In this document: positions 38,299 through 39,121 of the stretch, in pieces
How the letters are laid out: the number at the start of each line of letters is the position of its first letter
Numbering within the stretch: the stretch's first letter is position 1
From: Limisphaerales bacterium
Lineage (GTDB): Bacteria; Verrucomicrobiota; Verrucomicrobiia; Limisphaerales; SIBE01
Assembly (NCBI GenBank): GCA_044225505.1
Contig: JBGAIN010000070.1
Location: 1 to 39,121, forward strand
Direction: 5' to 3'
DNA length: 39,121 nt
Notes under the pieces: model-generated
What the model was told of the DNA's origin: nothing
The model's input: only the letters and a program-made list of their open reading frames with translations
The model's database searches: none
Position numbers and translations under genes: made by a program

Positions 38299-39121
38299 TT
38301 ACCACTTTTTCCGCGACCGAAGGTAAACGCGGACGGCGATCGCTGTGGCGTTGACGAGTAGCACCGAGCTGAGCAGGACGACCGCGGTGGCGTATGGTAA
38401 CGCTTCCTTTACCCCTGGCACCTGTGTCGAGATGGTGTAGAGATGCATCGAGAGTGCCATGCTTTGCTCGTTCAAATGGTAGGGAAACAGGTCGCCTTTC
38501 TGTACGGCTTTGAAAAAGACCGCACCGGTGAACATGATGGGTGCCGTTTCCCCGGCGGTGCGACTGACTTGAAGGATGACGCCGGTCAGAATGCCGCTGA
38601 TCGCATTTGGAAGGACCACAGCCCAGATCGTCTGCCAACGGGTCGCACCGACATTCCAGCACGCTTCGCGAAAGGAGTGCGGAACACTGGCTAACGCTTC
38701 GCGAGTGCTGGCGATGATGACGGGCATCGTCATGATGGCCAGAGTCAGTGAGGCAGAGAGAATGGAGTATCCCAGCTTGGAGGCGTAAACGAACGCGCCT
38801 AATCCAAACAGCGCATGCACAATGCTCGGGACGCCAGCCAAGTTGATGACAGCCAGGTTGACGAGCCGATTTAGCCAGTTTTCGGTGGCATACTCGTTAA
38901 GATAGATCGCGGCGAGCACGCCGATGGGCGCCGAGATCGCCAAGGAAATCGCTACGAGATAGACCGTGCCGACAAAGGCGGGCCATATCCCCCCGTCGGT
39001 CATTCCTCGCACGGGTGGATCGAGGATAAATCGAAGCGAGAGCAACGGCCAGGCACGCACCACCAGGTATCCAATGATCATGATCAAGGGGATGATCATT
39101 GCCGCGGACATGAGAAAGAAG
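38299..39121 (-). CDS. pstA: Phosphate ABC transporter permease, 5' end cut by the window edge
   Basis: GGIWPAFVGT, AAIYLNEY, NLAGVPSIVHALFG, EALASVP, RTAGETAPI; the frame is open to the window end. Confidence 0.93.
   Translation of the reverse strand, partial: FFLMSAAMIIPLIMIIGYLVVRAWPLLSLRFILDPPVRGMTDGGIWPAFVGTVYLVAISLAISAPIGVLAAIYLNEYATENWLNRLVNLAVINLAGVPSIVHALFGLGAFVYASKLGYSILSASLTLAIMTMPVIIASTREALASVPHSFREACWNVGATRWQTIWAVVLPNAISGILTGVILQVSRTAGETAPIMFTGAVFFKAVQKGDLFPYHLNEQSMALSMHLYTISTQVPGVKEALPYATAVVLLSSVLLVNATAIAVRVYLRSRKKW

Noticed and set aside
38306..38662. N-terminal 119-aa extension of the second PstB
   Set aside because: It overlaps pstA out of frame and has no ABC features.
1..39121. 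CRISPR arrays, tRNA/rRNA genes, riboswitches (TPP before thiG, c-di-GMP before the MCP)
   Set aside because: No regularly spaced repeats or recognisable conserved RNA motifs seen on manual reading; a covariance-model scan would be needed to exclude them.

Overview
A GC-rich bacterial window. Gene content (two prepilin-type H-X9-DG proteins, an Rhs with an Ig-like insert, REP-like hairpins) suggests a PVC-superphylum organism, probably Verrucomicrobia; this is inference. Left end (0.3-6 kb), accessory region: a 5'-truncated Rhs module whose C-terminal tip carries a Pol-beta/minimal-nucleotidyltransferase motif, followed by a small candidate immunity gene. The module abuts a RAYT-type HUH transposase bracketed by a perfect 19-bp inverted repeat, then about 2 kb of gene-poor DNA with REP-like hairpins and an IS transposase remnant. 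Middle: a TlpA thioredoxin, thiG-hldE(kinase)-gmhB, a PAS-rich hybrid kinase, a secreted CX5R/cytochrome c'-like fusion, a Tat-type hypothetical protein, and a lipoprotein/two-component/RND efflux operon with an RraA-family gene between the adaptor and the pump. Right: a heme-c chemoreceptor, a three-module glycoside hydrolase, an esterase, an RsmB-family methyltransferase and pstA plus two pstB paralogues with reciprocally degenerate ATPase motifs. Several single-base frameshifts at short homopolymers (RAYT, thiG twice, 26.3 kb gene) look like sequencing errors. All calls come from reading motifs by eye; no database searches were run.
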